Positions 48,282-58,399 of a stretch of 64,000 nt of DNA are shown here, one piece after another. The translations under genes and the position numbers were made by a program. Positions within the stretch are counted from its first letter, which is position 1. Each line of letters begins with the position of its first letter. The stretch comes from Lentisphaerota bacterium. Its GTDB lineage: Bacteria; Verrucomicrobiota; Lentisphaeria; Oligosphaerales; JABHEG01. The notes beneath the pieces are model-generated. The model saw nothing but the letters and a program-made list of their open reading frames with translations, was not told the DNA's origin and made no database searches. The stretch lies in NCBI GenBank assembly GCA_018676675.1, contig JABHEG010000064.1, forward strand, positions 26,211-90,210. The letters are read 5' to 3'.

Positions 48282-49618
48282 TCTGAATTCCTCTCGATGC
48301 CGTTTTGCGGCTCTGTGACGACGAACGGCTTGAAGTCTTCGGCATAGCCCATGGAACAGGCCGGCAGATGGGGAATGCAGGCGGGGCCGCAGTTGCAGAT
48401 GAAGTTCCCCGGGGTCTGCCCCAGAAGAGGAATCATCTTCTTCCAGACCGCATGTGACTCTGAACAGAGCGAGAGCGGCGTCTCCGGGCTGAGTCTCTGG
48501 ACTTCTCTGGCATAATACTCGTAGACCTCTACCCGGAAATCCGGAGGGATCACTTTGTAGGGGTCGGCCATGCCTCCAGCAGCCTCGTGTTCCTTCATCA
48601 TCTGCACGAACTCCGGCTCGAACAGCGCCATGTCGAACATCGTTGTCAGCTCCTCAACACTCCTGAAGAAGAGCATCTCCATGCTGAGATTATCCGGTTT
48701 CACGGCGTCAAAGAGCAGCTCGAGTGTCCGGGTTGCCTCCTCCCGCCACCCCCGGATTGGGACGATCGGCTTGAACTTGAAGCGGACGGGGTACCCGGCT
48801 TCCTGACACTTCCGAGCGGCTTCGATACGTTGTTCCGTGGTGGCGGTGTCGACCTCAATGGCCCGACTGACCGTGGGAGTGGACAGCGTCCACAGCATGA
48901 TAGTGTGTCCGCAGTGGTCGAGATCCAGAAGGAAGTCGACGTTGTCACTCTTGCTGAAGAGGATGATGTAGCGGTCTTCCTTCGTGGCAAAGTGGTTCAC
49001 GAGGTCCGCACAAGCCCCGTACTCCGGCTCAAGAACGAGGCAGTCACACTCCGTGTCGAACCGAATGACCTTCTGCCAGGGGTTCGCGTCGAGGAGCCCG
49101 TCGACCCGTTCAAGCCACTCCTCCACATTCAGCATTACGGTCGCGACACGCCCCCGTGAGCAGTATTGGCACTTGTGGAAACAGCCCCAACCGGTGTGCA
49201 AGTCGTGCAGCGACCAACAGCAGTCATCCCTGATCTGGCGCTTCCGGTTCCCGTCCTCAAAGTGCTGGAAGGTTGGGTAACCGTAGAGAGCGTGAAGCAA
49301 GCTCGAAGCGAAGCCTTGACCTTCGCCCAGGATCGGGAGCCGTTCACGCAGGGCCGCCTGTCCGGCGGAACCGTGCCAGCGGAAGGAGTTGAACACCAGG
49401 TCTGGATCGCCGACTCCGCTGACCGTCCCCTGGCGACGCCAGACATCCAACCAGTTCTTACGCCGAATGAGTCCGTCGAGGTCGGCCTCTTCGATCACCT
49501 GGAGATCGGCCGTGCTCTTGCCGAAGCCGGCCAGTAGGCGGAGGATGCGCTCACGGCAACGGGGATCATCCCACGTCCAACTCGTGGCAAAGAACTCCTG
49601 CGGCTTGAATGGCTTCAT
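48278..49618 (-). CDS. Radical SAM protein, SplB/DNA-photolyase-like (COG1533-type)
   Basis: CxxxCxxC cluster motif GWGCFHKCQYCSRG. 446 aa. Confidence 0.55.
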   Translation of the reverse strand: MKPFKPQEFFATSWTWDDPRCRERILRLLAGFGKSTADLQVIEEADLDGLIRRKNWLDVWRRQGTVSGVGDPDLVFNSFRWHGSAGQAALRERLPILGEGQGFASSLLHALYGYPTFQHFEDGNRKRQIRDDCCWSLHDLHTGWGCFHKCQYCSRGRVATVMLNVEEWLERVDGLLDANPWQKVIRFDTECDCLVLEPEYGACADLVNHFATKEDRYIILFSKSDNVDFLLDLDHCGHTIMLWTLSTPTVSRAIEVDTATTEQRIEAARKCQEAGYPVRFKFKPIVPIRGWREEATRTLELLFDAVKPDNLSMEMLFFRSVEELTTMFDMALFEPEFVQMMKEHEAAGGMADPYKVIPPDFRVEVYEYYAREVQRLSPETPLSLCSESHAVWKKMIPLLGQTPGNFICNCGPACIPHLPACSMGYAEDFKPFVVTEPQNGIERNSE

Positions 49619-49869
49619 AGTCGACGCCTGATTGAGTGGAGAGAAGCGGGAATGGCAAGGTGTCCCCGTACGTGCGTCACAATCTCTGCTGGGGTTTGCC
49701 CTTTCGCAAGGTCTTCACGACACAAAGGGAGGGAGAATTCGCGGTCGAGGGGATCGAGACGGCGGCATCCGGAACACCTGTTGAACACCACAGGCATGGC
49801 GCTATAGTTGAGCGCTAAGCACTACCATGAACCATAATCATATGCCTTTGTCTTTCCAGGAGGTCTCTG

Positions 49870-50922
49870 ATGCAGCAACTCACGGCTCGACAGCCTCTCG
49901 GCCAGACCGGCCTCGACATACCCCCGATTGTCTTCGGCTCCAGCTGTCTGGGAAACCTGTATCAGGCAATCCCGTATGAAACGAAACTCGCGATCGCTCG
50001 GGAGTGGGTCTCATGCGTGCAGCAACCGGTAATCGATTCGGCTGGCAAGTACGGTGCCGGGCTGGCACTGGAGGCGATCGGCGCGTGCCTGCGTGACCTC
50101 GGAGTCCGCCCCGGCGACGTGATGATCAGTAACAAACTGGCGTGGAAACGAATCCCTCTGACAACGCCTGAACCGACTTTCGAGCCGGGGGCGTGGATCG
50201 GCCTCGAACACGATGCCGAACAAGACATCAGCTACAGTGGGATCCTCGAGTGCTATGAGCAGGGCTGCGACCTGCTTGGTGACTACGCCCCCGAGGTCGT
50301 CTCCGTCCATGATCCGGATGAGTACCTGGCCCAGGCGGAGACGGATGACGAGCGCAAAGCGCGATTCGATGATGTCCTCGGGGCCTATCAGGCGCTTGGC
50401 GAACTCAAAGCCAAAGGGCACGTCAAGGCCGTCGGCGTCGGCTCGAAAGACTGGGCCGTGATCCGCGAACTGGCAGACGCAACAGAGCTGGACTGGGCGA
50501 TGTTCGCTTGCAGTCTCACGATCATGAAACACCCTCTTGAGCTGCTGACATTCATGGCGGACCTCGAGCAACGCGGCATCGCGATGATCAACTCGGCCGT
50601 CTTCAATGCCGGCTTCCTTACCGGTGGGGCCTATTTCGACTACCGGGTTGTGGATGAAGACGACGAGAAAGACCAGCCCCTCTTCCGGTGGCGTGAGGAG
50701 TTCTTTGCGATCTGTAAGCGGCATAGCGTCTCCGCCGCGGAAGCCTGTGTTCAGTTTGGGCTCTCCGTGCCGGGCGTTCTGAGTGTGGCCCTCAACACCG
50801 GCAAGCCGAGACGGGTCTCACAGAACGTGACCGCCGTGCAGGCGCAAATCCCAACCGAGTTCTGGGCCGAGATGAAAGAGACCAAACTGATCGCAGCTGA
50901 TTACCCATACCTGGGGTGTTGA
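49870..50922 (+). CDS. Aldo/keto reductase family oxidoreductase (candidate L-fucose/aldose 1-dehydrogenase)
   Basis: AKR-like (beta/alpha)8 motifs: IPPIVFGSSCLGN, IDSAGKYGAGLALEAIG. Function inferred from the neighbouring FucU and lactonase genes. Confidence 0.55.
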   Translation: MQQLTARQPLGQTGLDIPPIVFGSSCLGNLYQAIPYETKLAIAREWVSCVQQPVIDSAGKYGAGLALEAIGACLRDLGVRPGDVMISNKLAWKRIPLTTPEPTFEPGAWIGLEHDAEQDISYSGILECYEQGCDLLGDYAPEVVSVHDPDEYLAQAETDDERKARFDDVLGAYQALGELKAKGHVKAVGVGSKDWAVIRELADATELDWAMFACSLTIMKHPLELLTFMADLEQRGIAMINSAVFNAGFLTGGAYFDYRVVDEDDEKDQPLFRWREEFFAICKRHSVSAAEACVQFGLSVPGVLSVALNTGKPRRVSQNVTAVQAQIPTEFWAEMKETKLIAADYPYLGC

Positions 50923-50945
50923 CACCCTAACATGAGAGAACGACC

Positions 50946-51338
50946 ATGATCAAGGCAGGAATACTGAATCCCGACATCCTCTCCCTGCTGGCCCGCGTCC
51001 GGCACACGAACACGATCGTGATCGCGGATCGTGGCTTCCCGTTTTGGCCGATGATCGAGACAATCGACATATCCGTGGTGGACGATCTCCCCACGGTCCT
51101 CCAGGTGCTCCGGGCCGCCGTGCCGGCGTGCAACTTTGGCGCTGCGTTCATGGCCGAGGAGTTCCTGCAGGAGAACGACGATGCCGTGCTGACAGCCTAT
51201 AAGGAGGTCCTCGGCGACATTCCCCTGACGTTTGAGCACCATGAAGCCATCTTCAAGAAGCGAGTGCCGCACGCCATTGGGCTCATCCGGACAGGCGACA
51301 CGACACAGTATGGGAACATCATTCTGGAGTCGGCGTGA
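50946..51338 (+). CDS. fucU: RbsD/FucU-family sugar mutarotase (L-fucose mutarotase-like)
   Basis: [33 protein letters not shown] is the RbsD_FucU N-terminal signature. 130 aa. Confidence 0.65.
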   Translation: MIKAGILNPDILSLLARVRHTNTIVIADRGFPFWPMIETIDISVVDDLPTVLQVLRAAVPACNFGAAFMAEEFLQENDDAVLTAYKEVLGDIPLTFEHHEAIFKKRVPHAIGLIRTGDTTQYGNIILESA

Positions 51339-52174
51339 TGCAGATCGATTCACACCACCACTACTGGCACTATGACCCCGTCGAGTATGACTGGATTGAT
51401 GACGCTATGGCATCGATCCGGCGCGATTTCCTCCCGTCGGACCTGGCCGAGACAATCGCCCCAACCGGCATCGAGGGGGTCGTGAGTGTCCAGGCCCGCC
51501 AGTCTCTCGAAGAAACCAATTGGCTTCTCTCCCTGGCTGCCGACAACGAGTTCATGCTCGGAGTTGTCGGCTGGGTCCCCCTCGCCGATCCTGACATCCG
51601 CGCGACGCTGGCCACGCTGGCAAACCACCGGAAACTCAAGGCTATCCGCCACGTCGTCCAAGGAGAGCCGGATCCTGAGTTCATCCTCGGGGACGCGTTC
51701 AACCGCGGGGTGAGCACCCTGGCGGAGTTCGATCTGACTTACGACATCCTGATCACTGAGGGCCAACTCAGACCGAGCATTCGCTTCGTGGACCGCCATC
51801 CCGAACAGCGTTTCGTCCTCGACCACATCGCCAAGCCTGTGATCCGTGACAATCTGGTGGACCCGTGGCAAAACAACATCCGCGAGCTTGCCCGGCGAGA
51901 GAATGTCTGGTGCAAACTATCGGGAATGGTCACGGAAGCCGATTACTCGAGCTGGACAGTCGACCAGTTGCGGCCTTACGCCGAAACCGTCCTCGAGGCA
52001 TTCGGCCCTGAACGCGTGATGTTCGGGTCGGACTGGCCGGTCTGCCTCGTGGCGTGTGCCTATGGACGCTGGTATGACATCGTCCAAGAGTTCATCTCGA
52101 GCCTGTCGGCGTCCGAACAGGAGAGAATCATGGGTCACAATGCCGCCACTGTGTACCGGCTGGAGGTCGGCTAG
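51335..52174 (+). CDS. Amidohydrolase_2-family lactonase (L-fucono-1,5-lactonase-like, COG3618)
   Basis: [15 protein letters not shown] is the N-terminal HxH metal motif typical of COG3618 sugar lactonases. 4-bp overlap with fucU. Confidence 0.6.
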   Translation: MMQIDSHHHYWHYDPVEYDWIDDAMASIRRDFLPSDLAETIAPTGIEGVVSVQARQSLEETNWLLSLAADNEFMLGVVGWVPLADPDIRATLATLANHRKLKAIRHVVQGEPDPEFILGDAFNRGVSTLAEFDLTYDILITEGQLRPSIRFVDRHPEQRFVLDHIAKPVIRDNLVDPWQNNIRELARRENVWCKLSGMVTEADYSSWTVDQLRPYAETVLEAFGPERVMFGSDWPVCLVACAYGRWYDIVQEFISSLSASEQERIMGHNAATVYRLEVG

Positions 52175-52343
52175 CCTGGATCATTCATACGAATGTCCAG
52201 GATACTGAGATGCTGGAATTGACGCGTCGCTGCCGTCTGGAGGACGGCCTGTCTCATCGCTTCGCCCTTCGGCTGAGGGATGCTGGAATCGACAGCGAGG
52301 AAATCGGTTGCGAATCGAGGAGTCCATTGCCGTACCGCTTCGG

Positions 52344-52407
52344 CATCCCAGCATCCCAGCATTCCAACATCCCAGCATTCCAACATCCCAGCATCCCAAC
52401 ATTCCAA
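52344..52407 (+). repeat. Tandem 8-bp repeat (CATYCCAR x 8) in the 5' untranslated region of the MDR dehydrogenase gene
   Basis: catcccag catcccag cattccaa catcccag cattccaa catcccag catcccaa cattccaa, ending 10 nt before the AAGGAGAGG RBS. Confidence 0.8.
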
Positions 52408-52417
52408 CCCAAGGAGA

Positions 52418-53438
52418 GGTCATGCGAGCATTCTACATCACTGCCCAGGGCAAGACCGAGATCCGCGAGGTCGCGGAGCCGACGATAGGACCGGGCGACG
52501 TCCTGTTGCGGATGCAGTACGTCGGGTACTGCGGTTCCGACCTGAATACGTACCGAGGCCTGAACCCGATGGTCGCTCTACCACGGATACCGGGACATGA
52601 GATCAGCGCCGTGATTGAGGCAGTAGGTGATGATGTGCCCGAGTCGTGGCAACCCGGGACGGCGGTCACGCTCTCGCCCTACACAAGCTGTGGCGTCTGC
52701 CCCTCCTGTCGCTCAGGACGGGTGAACTGCTGTCGCGATAACCAGACCCTGGGTGTGCAACGAGACGGCGCCCTGACAGAACTCCTCAGCGTGCCTCACG
52801 AGAAGCTCTTCTCCTCGAGCACACTCAGTGCCCGGGAACTGGCTCTGGTCGAGCCGCTCACGGTTGGCGGACATGCCGTGGACCGAGGCGAAGTGACCGA
52901 AGATGACACAGTCGCTGTGTTGGGGTGTGGAGCCATCGGTCTGGGGGGTATCGCGGGTGCTGCCTTCCGCGGGGCACGCGTCATCGCCATTGACATTGAC
53001 GCAGACAAACTTGAGCTCGCCCGCAGAGCGGGAGCCGGCCACACGATCAACTCTCAGGTGTGTGATTTGCATGAGGGGCTCGGTGAGCTCACGGATGGGG
53101 ACGGTCCCGATGTCATCATCGAGGCGATCGGACTCCCGATGACGTTCCAGGCCGCGGTGGCAGAGGTCGCCTTCGCCGGCCGAGTCGTCTATATCGGCTA
53201 CTCGAAACATCCAGTCGAGTACGAAACCAAGTACTTCGTTCAGAAGGAACTCGACATCCGCGGCTCCCGCAACGCCCTGCCGGGCAACTTTGAGACCGTG
53301 ATCCGCCTGCTCGAAGAAGGCAGCTTCCCCGTTGACGACGTCGTGACTCGCATCTACCCATTCGGGGATGCGGGTCAGGCCCTGATCGACTGGGATGCCA
53401 ACCCGGCCGCGTTCGCCAAGATCCTGATCGAGATCTGA
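52418..53438 (+). CDS. Zinc-dependent medium-chain dehydrogenase/reductase (sorbitol/threonine-DH-like)
   Basis: ATG at 52418 after the AAGGAGAGG RBS. Catalytic Zn motif [15 protein letters not shown]. Structural Zn Cys cluster [18 protein letters not shown]-binding [13 protein letters not shown]. Confidence 0.7.
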
Positions 53439-53445
53439 GCGCCAC

Positions 53446-54537
53446 ATGTCCGCGAGACGTGACACCCCTCAGCCTCTGTACCGGCGTGTGTTCGAGGCGC
53501 TGCTTGCGCGGCTCGAGTCAGACGAATTCCGTCCCGGAGATCGCTTCCCCCCTGAGCGCCGATTGGCCCAGGAGATGGGCACATCGCATCTCACGGTCCG
53601 CAAAGCGTTGGCACTCCTGGTCGAAGCCCATTGGATCCGGCGTGAGCCGGGGATAGGAACCGTAGTCACCAGCCCACGCGGAGGAGTCTGCGCCACATGT
53701 GCACCGTTGACTCGGCTGGCATTGCTCCTCGAGGAGGCCGACGATTACTTCGCTCGAATCGCCAACCTCCTCGAAGCCGAGTGTCGACGGCGGGACATTG
53801 CCCTCGAACTCTACTGTCACCACCGGGACACGACGCTTCTTCGGGACCAGTTCGCCAGAGCATCACGCGACGAGGGGGCAGTGGTCGCCATGGTCCCGGT
53901 GGAAAGCGAGTGTCGCTGGCTTGAGGTACACGCTGCGACGCGGCGGACCATCATTCTCGATGGGACGGTCCCGGGAGCGCCCGCCCCTCAACTCGTCTCA
54001 GACGATGCCAGCGGGGTCTTTGGACTGGTCCGCTACCTCGTCGATATGGGACATCGCGTGATCGCCCACGTCGGAGCCGAGTGCAAGAGCTCGGGCCGAG
54101 CCAGGAAGCAGGCCTACACGGAAGCTCTCAGAGCCGTAGGACTCCAGCCTGACCCCACGCTCTACGGAAACGGTGACTTCCTGGTCGAGCCCAGCTCACA
54201 GGCGTTCTGCCGAATCATCGAGCAACACCCCGAATGCACGGCCTGCGTCTGCGCGAACGACTACGCCGCCTTTGGGGTCGTCCAAGAGCTGAATCGACGA
54301 GGACTCGCCGCGGGACGGGACGTGTCGGTGGCAGGATATGGGAACTACGACATCAGCGAGGCGATCGGGTTGACGTCTGTGGATCAGCAACCGGGACGCA
54401 TCCGTGACCAGGTCGTGCACCTCATGGACGAGTATGCCCGCCATGGCTGCATGCCTGCCGAGGTCCTGACCATCCCCGTCGAGCTTCGGATACGGCGTTC
54501 GTGTGCCCCAGTCAGAACGAGAGGCCCTGAAGAATGA
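53446..54537 (+). CDS. GntR-family HTH transcriptional regulator fused to a periplasmic-binding-protein-type (LacI-like) sugar-binding domain
   Basis: PLYRRVFEALLARLESDEFRPGDRFPPERRLAQEMGTSHLTVRKAL is a GntR wHTH. The C-terminal region is PBP1-like. Confidence 0.65.
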   Translation: MSARRDTPQPLYRRVFEALLARLESDEFRPGDRFPPERRLAQEMGTSHLTVRKALALLVEAHWIRREPGIGTVVTSPRGGVCATCAPLTRLALLLEEADDYFARIANLLEAECRRRDIALELYCHHRDTTLLRDQFARASRDEGAVVAMVPVESECRWLEVHAATRRTIILDGTVPGAPAPQLVSDDASGVFGLVRYLVDMGHRVIAHVGAECKSSGRARKQAYTEALRAVGLQPDPTLYGNGDFLVEPSSQAFCRIIEQHPECTACVCANDYAAFGVVQELNRRGLAAGRDVSVAGYGNYDISEAIGLTSVDQQPGRIRDQVVHLMDEYARHGCMPAEVLTIPVELRIRRSCAPVRTRGPEE

Positions 54538-55040
54538 CCGATGTTAGCATCCGCCTCGCAAGGACGGACGACTTGGCCGAGATCGTGACGATCTACAACC
54601 AGGCCATCCTGCTCAAATCGGCCACGGCAGACACCTCGCCCGTCAGCGTGCAGTCACGGGAGCAGTGGCTCGCTGACCATCGTCCCGAGACATACCCCGT
54701 CTACGTGTCCACGCAGGACGAGGCGGTAACGGGTTGGTGCAGCCTCAGTCCCTACAGGCCGGGCCGCGAAGCGCTGCGATTCACGGCCGAGGTCAGCTAC
54801 TACGTGCATGAGGTTTGGCGCCGACAGGGAATCGGGCGGGCGCTCCTGCAGCATGCCGTCGACGAGTGCCCCCGCCTCGGGCTCAAGACCCTCTTCGCAC
54901 TTCTCCTGGAAATCAATACCCCAAGTGTCGCACTTCTGGAATCTCTCGGTTTCGGCCGCTGGGGTTTCATGCCCGGGGTCGCAGATTTTGACGGATCCGA
55001 GTGCGGACACCTAGTCTACGGACGTCGCGTGGTCGAGTAG
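54534..55040 (+). CDS. GNAT-family N-acetyltransferase (phosphinothricin-acetyltransferase-like)
   Basis: IRLARTDDLAEIVTIYNQAI ... HEVWRRQGIGRALLQHAVDECPRLGLKTL is GNAT motif A. Confidence 0.65.
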   Translation: MTDVSIRLARTDDLAEIVTIYNQAILLKSATADTSPVSVQSREQWLADHRPETYPVYVSTQDEAVTGWCSLSPYRPGREALRFTAEVSYYVHEVWRRQGIGRALLQHAVDECPRLGLKTLFALLLEINTPSVALLESLGFGRWGFMPGVADFDGSECGHLVYGRRVVE

Positions 55041-55111
55041 TGGGCTAAGAAAAGGCGCGCCCTCCCGCTCGGGGAAGACGCGCCCTTGATAGAATCCGTG
55101 CGCCGGTCTGC

Positions 55112-57802
55112 CTAGATCGCCGCCTGAGCTGCCGCCAGGCGAGCCACGGGCACGCGGTACGGAGAGCAACTGACGTAGTTCAAGCCGACTTTGTGGCAGA
55201 ACGTCACCGACTTGGGCTCACCACCGTGCTCGCCGCAGATCCCAAGCTTGATGTCCGGACGCGTCTGCCGACCCAGCTTGCAGGCCATCTCGACGAGCTT
55301 TCCGACACCATTCTGGTCCAGAACCGCAAACGGGTCGTACTCGAAAACGCCCTTCTCTTCGACGTAGGGCTGCAGGAATCGGGCCGAATCGTCCCGGCTG
55401 AAGCCACAGGCCATCTGGGTCAGATCGTTCGTGCCGAAACTGAAGAACTCAGCCTGTTCGGCGACTTCATCTGCCGTGAGAGCAGCACGGGGGACCTCGA
55501 TCATCGTCCCAATCTTGTGGTTGACCGTCGTTCCCGTCTCCTCGAAGACAGCCGAAATTACGGCCTCGCACTCCTGCCGGCAGAGCGTCAGCTCGTTCAC
55601 GTGGCCGACGAGTGGGATCATGATCTCGGGGTGTACCTCAATGCCACGCTTCTGAACGGCAACCGCCGCCTGCATCACCGCGCGAACCTGCATCCGCAGA
55701 ATCTCGGGATAGACAACCGCCAGACGGCAGCCGCGGAACCCAAGCATCGGGTTGAACTCGTGCAGACCCTCAACCGCGGCCTTGACCTCTGCCGCTGTGA
55801 GTCCCAGTTGCTGAGCGACCTCTTCCTGGCCCTTGTCATCGTGGGGCAGGAACTCATGGAGAGGCGGATCCAGAAGGCGGATGGTGGCCGGCAGCCCGGC
55901 GAGAGCCTCGAAGATACCTTCGAAGTCTTCCTGCTGCATGGGGAGCAGCTTGCTCAGAGCTTTCTCACGATCTTCGAGCGTCTTGGCGAGAATCATCTCG
56001 CGGACGGCGATGATCCGGTCACCTTCGAAGAACATGTGCTCGGTACGGCACAGGCCGATACCTTCAGCGCCAAACTTGACAGCCACTTCCGCGTCATGCG
56101 GCGTATCCGCGTTGGTACGCACGCCCATGGTCCGGAACTCATCCACGTAGCCCATGAAGGCCGCGTAGTCTTTGTACAACAGAGAAGCGTCAGCCTCCAG
56201 CGTGCCATCCAGCACCTGGACAATCTCAGACGGCTTGACTGGGACGGTCGCGTTGTAGACCACACCGGTGAAACCATCGATAGCGATCGTGTCGCCCTGC
56301 TTGATCACGGCATCGCCAATGGCCATGGTCTTCGCCGCATAGTCGATCAGCACATCACCGGCGCCGGCCACACAGGGGCAGCCCATGCCGCGGGCCACCA
56401 CAGCGGCGTGGCTGGTCATTCCGCCACGAGCCGTCAAGATGCCCTGAGACACATTCATCCCGCCGATGTCCTCGGGACTTGTCTCAATGCGAACCAGGAT
56501 GACCTTCTTGCCGGCTTCGGCCATGGCCTCTGCCTCATCTGCCGTGAAGACGACTTCGCCACAAGCCCCGCCGGGGCTGGCGTTCAATCCCCTGGTGACC
56601 GCCTCGATACCGTTCGAATCGATGTAATCCTGATCCAGCACGGGAGCGAAGAGCTTGCCGAATTCGCCAACCGGCACGCGACGGACGGCCTCGGCTTTGT
56701 CAATGAGCCCTTCCTCGACCATCTCCACCTGTGTACGGAGCCAGCTGAACACCGTCCGTTTGCCGGTCCGTGTCTGGAGGATGTAGAGCACGCCTTCCTG
56801 GATGGTGAATTCCAGATCCTGCATATCTTTGTAGTGGGTTTCGAGAATCCCACGAATGTCGACGAGTTGGTCGTAGAGTTCCTGATTGACCTGGGCAAGC
56901 GTGTCAATCGTCTGCGGGGTACGGATCCCGGCTACGACATCCTCGCCCTGGGCGTTCATCAGATACTCGCCGTAAAAGCTGTTCTCACCGGTGGATGGGT
57001 CACGCGTAAACGCAACGCCTGTACCGGAGTCATCACCCATGTTCCCGAAGACCATTGCCTGGACATTCACTGCCGTCCCCAGGAGGCCGCGGATGTCGTT
57101 CATCTGGCGGTACTTGATTGCACGCTCGTTGTTCCAGGAGCCGAAGACAGCCTCGATCGAGAGGAAGAGCTGCTCTACCGGATCCGTTGGGAAGTCAGAG
57201 CCGATGTGCTTCTTGTAGACCGCCCGGTAGCGATCCACTACCACCTGCAGGTCGGCGGCGCTCAGGTCTGTGTCCAACGACACGCCCTTCTCATCCTTGA
57301 CGCTCTGCAGCGCATGCTCGAACTCATGATGGGGAACGTTCATCACGACATCGCCGAACATCTGCATGAAGCGACGGTAGCTGTCCCACGCAAAGCGCTC
57401 GTTACCGGTCTTCCTGATCAAGCCATCGACGGCTACTGGGCTCAAGCCAAGGTTCAGGACAGTATCCATCATCCCAGGCATGGACTGAGCCGCTCCAGAG
57501 CGGACGGAAACGAGAAGCGGATTCTCGGCGTCGCCGAGCTTGGCTCCCATCGTGTCCTCAAGCTTGGCCAAGTGTTCGAGGACCTCGTCACGCATCGTCG
57601 CGGGGTAGGTGTCGTTGTTGGCTGCGAAGTACGCACAAGCCTCGGTGGTAATCGTGAAACCGGGAGGAACGGGCAACCCGATGCTGGTCATCTCGGCGAG
57701 ATTCGCGCCTTTGCCCCCAAGAAGCTCTTTCATGGTCGCTTCGCCCTCGGCGTCGCCACCCCCGAAGAAGTATACGTATTTCGAGTCAGACATGGTGTGC
57801 AC
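55112..57802 (-). CDS. ppdK: Pyruvate, phosphate dikinase
   Basis: N-terminus YVYFFGGGDAEGEATMKELLGGKGANLAEMTSIGLPVPPGFTITTEAC, catalytic His region GGMTSHAAVVARGMG, C-terminal PEP-utilising TIM barrel. 896 aa. Confidence 0.9.
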   Translation of the reverse strand: MHTMSDSKYVYFFGGGDAEGEATMKELLGGKGANLAEMTSIGLPVPPGFTITTEACAYFAANNDTYPATMRDEVLEHLAKLEDTMGAKLGDAENPLLVSVRSGAAQSMPGMMDTVLNLGLSPVAVDGLIRKTGNERFAWDSYRRFMQMFGDVVMNVPHHEFEHALQSVKDEKGVSLDTDLSAADLQVVVDRYRAVYKKHIGSDFPTDPVEQLFLSIEAVFGSWNNERAIKYRQMNDIRGLLGTAVNVQAMVFGNMGDDSGTGVAFTRDPSTGENSFYGEYLMNAQGEDVVAGIRTPQTIDTLAQVNQELYDQLVDIRGILETHYKDMQDLEFTIQEGVLYILQTRTGKRTVFSWLRTQVEMVEEGLIDKAEAVRRVPVGEFGKLFAPVLDQDYIDSNGIEAVTRGLNASPGGACGEVVFTADEAEAMAEAGKKVILVRIETSPEDIGGMNVSQGILTARGGMTSHAAVVARGMGCPCVAGAGDVLIDYAAKTMAIGDAVIKQGDTIAIDGFTGVVYNATVPVKPSEIVQVLDGTLEADASLLYKDYAAFMGYVDEFRTMGVRTNADTPHDAEVAVKFGAEGIGLCRTEHMFFEGDRIIAVREMILAKTLEDREKALSKLLPMQQEDFEGIFEALAGLPATIRLLDPPLHEFLPHDDKGQEEVAQQLGLTAAEVKAAVEGLHEFNPMLGFRGCRLAVVYPEILRMQVRAVMQAAVAVQKRGIEVHPEIMIPLVGHVNELTLCRQECEAVISAVFEETGTTVNHKIGTMIEVPRAALTADEVAEQAEFFSFGTNDLTQMACGFSRDDSARFLQPYVEEKGVFEYDPFAVLDQNGVGKLVEMACKLGRQTRPDIKLGICGEHGGEPKSVTFCHKVGLNYVSCSPYRVPVARLAAAQAAI

Positions 57803-58074
57803 TTCCTTATTTTCTAGAAGAGAGGAGTCATCATCCGGAACTGGGCGGCGCGGGCTCCCGCTTATACCCCACGATGGCGTTGAGAGCAGCCGTTACCCGG
57901 ACTGCTCTTCGGCTTCCCGACCCAAGGCCCGGGAGCCAGGAATTGAGGGCGCAATCGCCCTGGAGGCGACGCCACGTCGCTCAGCCACCCGCGGATCGAT
58001 ATGGCCCCAGCCGGGAGGCCGTCAGTCGGTCGTTCCTGGCCTCAACACCGTTCCCCGACCGCGCAGAAGCCGCC

Positions 58075-58173
58075 CTACTTTCGTCCGATCTTCGCCCGGA
58101 CGCGGGCCTTGATGCGGGCCAGATAGCGCTTACGGCGTCCCCGTTTCACGAGTTTGTTTGTCTGCTTTCCCAC
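58075..58173 (-). CDS. 32-aa highly basic small protein (bS22/THX-like ribosomal-protein-like peptide?)
   Basis: AAGGAGG RBS 6 nt upstream of a GTG. Encodes MGKQTNKLVKRGRRKRYLARIKARVRAKIGRK, which is 44% K/R. Not in the ORF track (<60 aa). Confidence 0.35.
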   Translation of the reverse strand: MGKQTNKLVKRGRRKRYLARIKARVRAKIGRK

Positions 58174-58399
58174 GCTCAACCTCCTTGGTACGGTAGGACT
58201 GATTCGCCCTCAATGGGCAAGGCTCGACCCGTAAACGGGCCAGTAGTTCTTTGACAAGCGGGTCAATATACCGTTGTCTTCCCCCCTTGTCGAGGGTGCT
58301 CCGAACAGCTGAACGGCCCTCTTCCAGGCAACTTGTCGGCGCAACCGAACGTGGTAGGGTTAGCGGACGTAAGTGACCTACCCCTGAAGTACGAGGAAT

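Noticed and set aside
50011-50724. 237-aa minus-strand ORF
   Set aside because: Antisense to the aldo/keto reductase gene.
52171-52423. Short ORFs translating the CATCCCAG tandem repeat ([13 protein letters not shown]...)
   Set aside because: They are artefacts of translating an 8-bp tandem repeat on both strands. The repeat period is not a multiple of 3, so the periodic peptide is coincidental.
55193-57817. 874-aa plus-strand ORF
   Set aside because: Exactly antisense to the unmistakable pyruvate phosphate dikinase gene. Low-complexity, R/G/H-rich translation.
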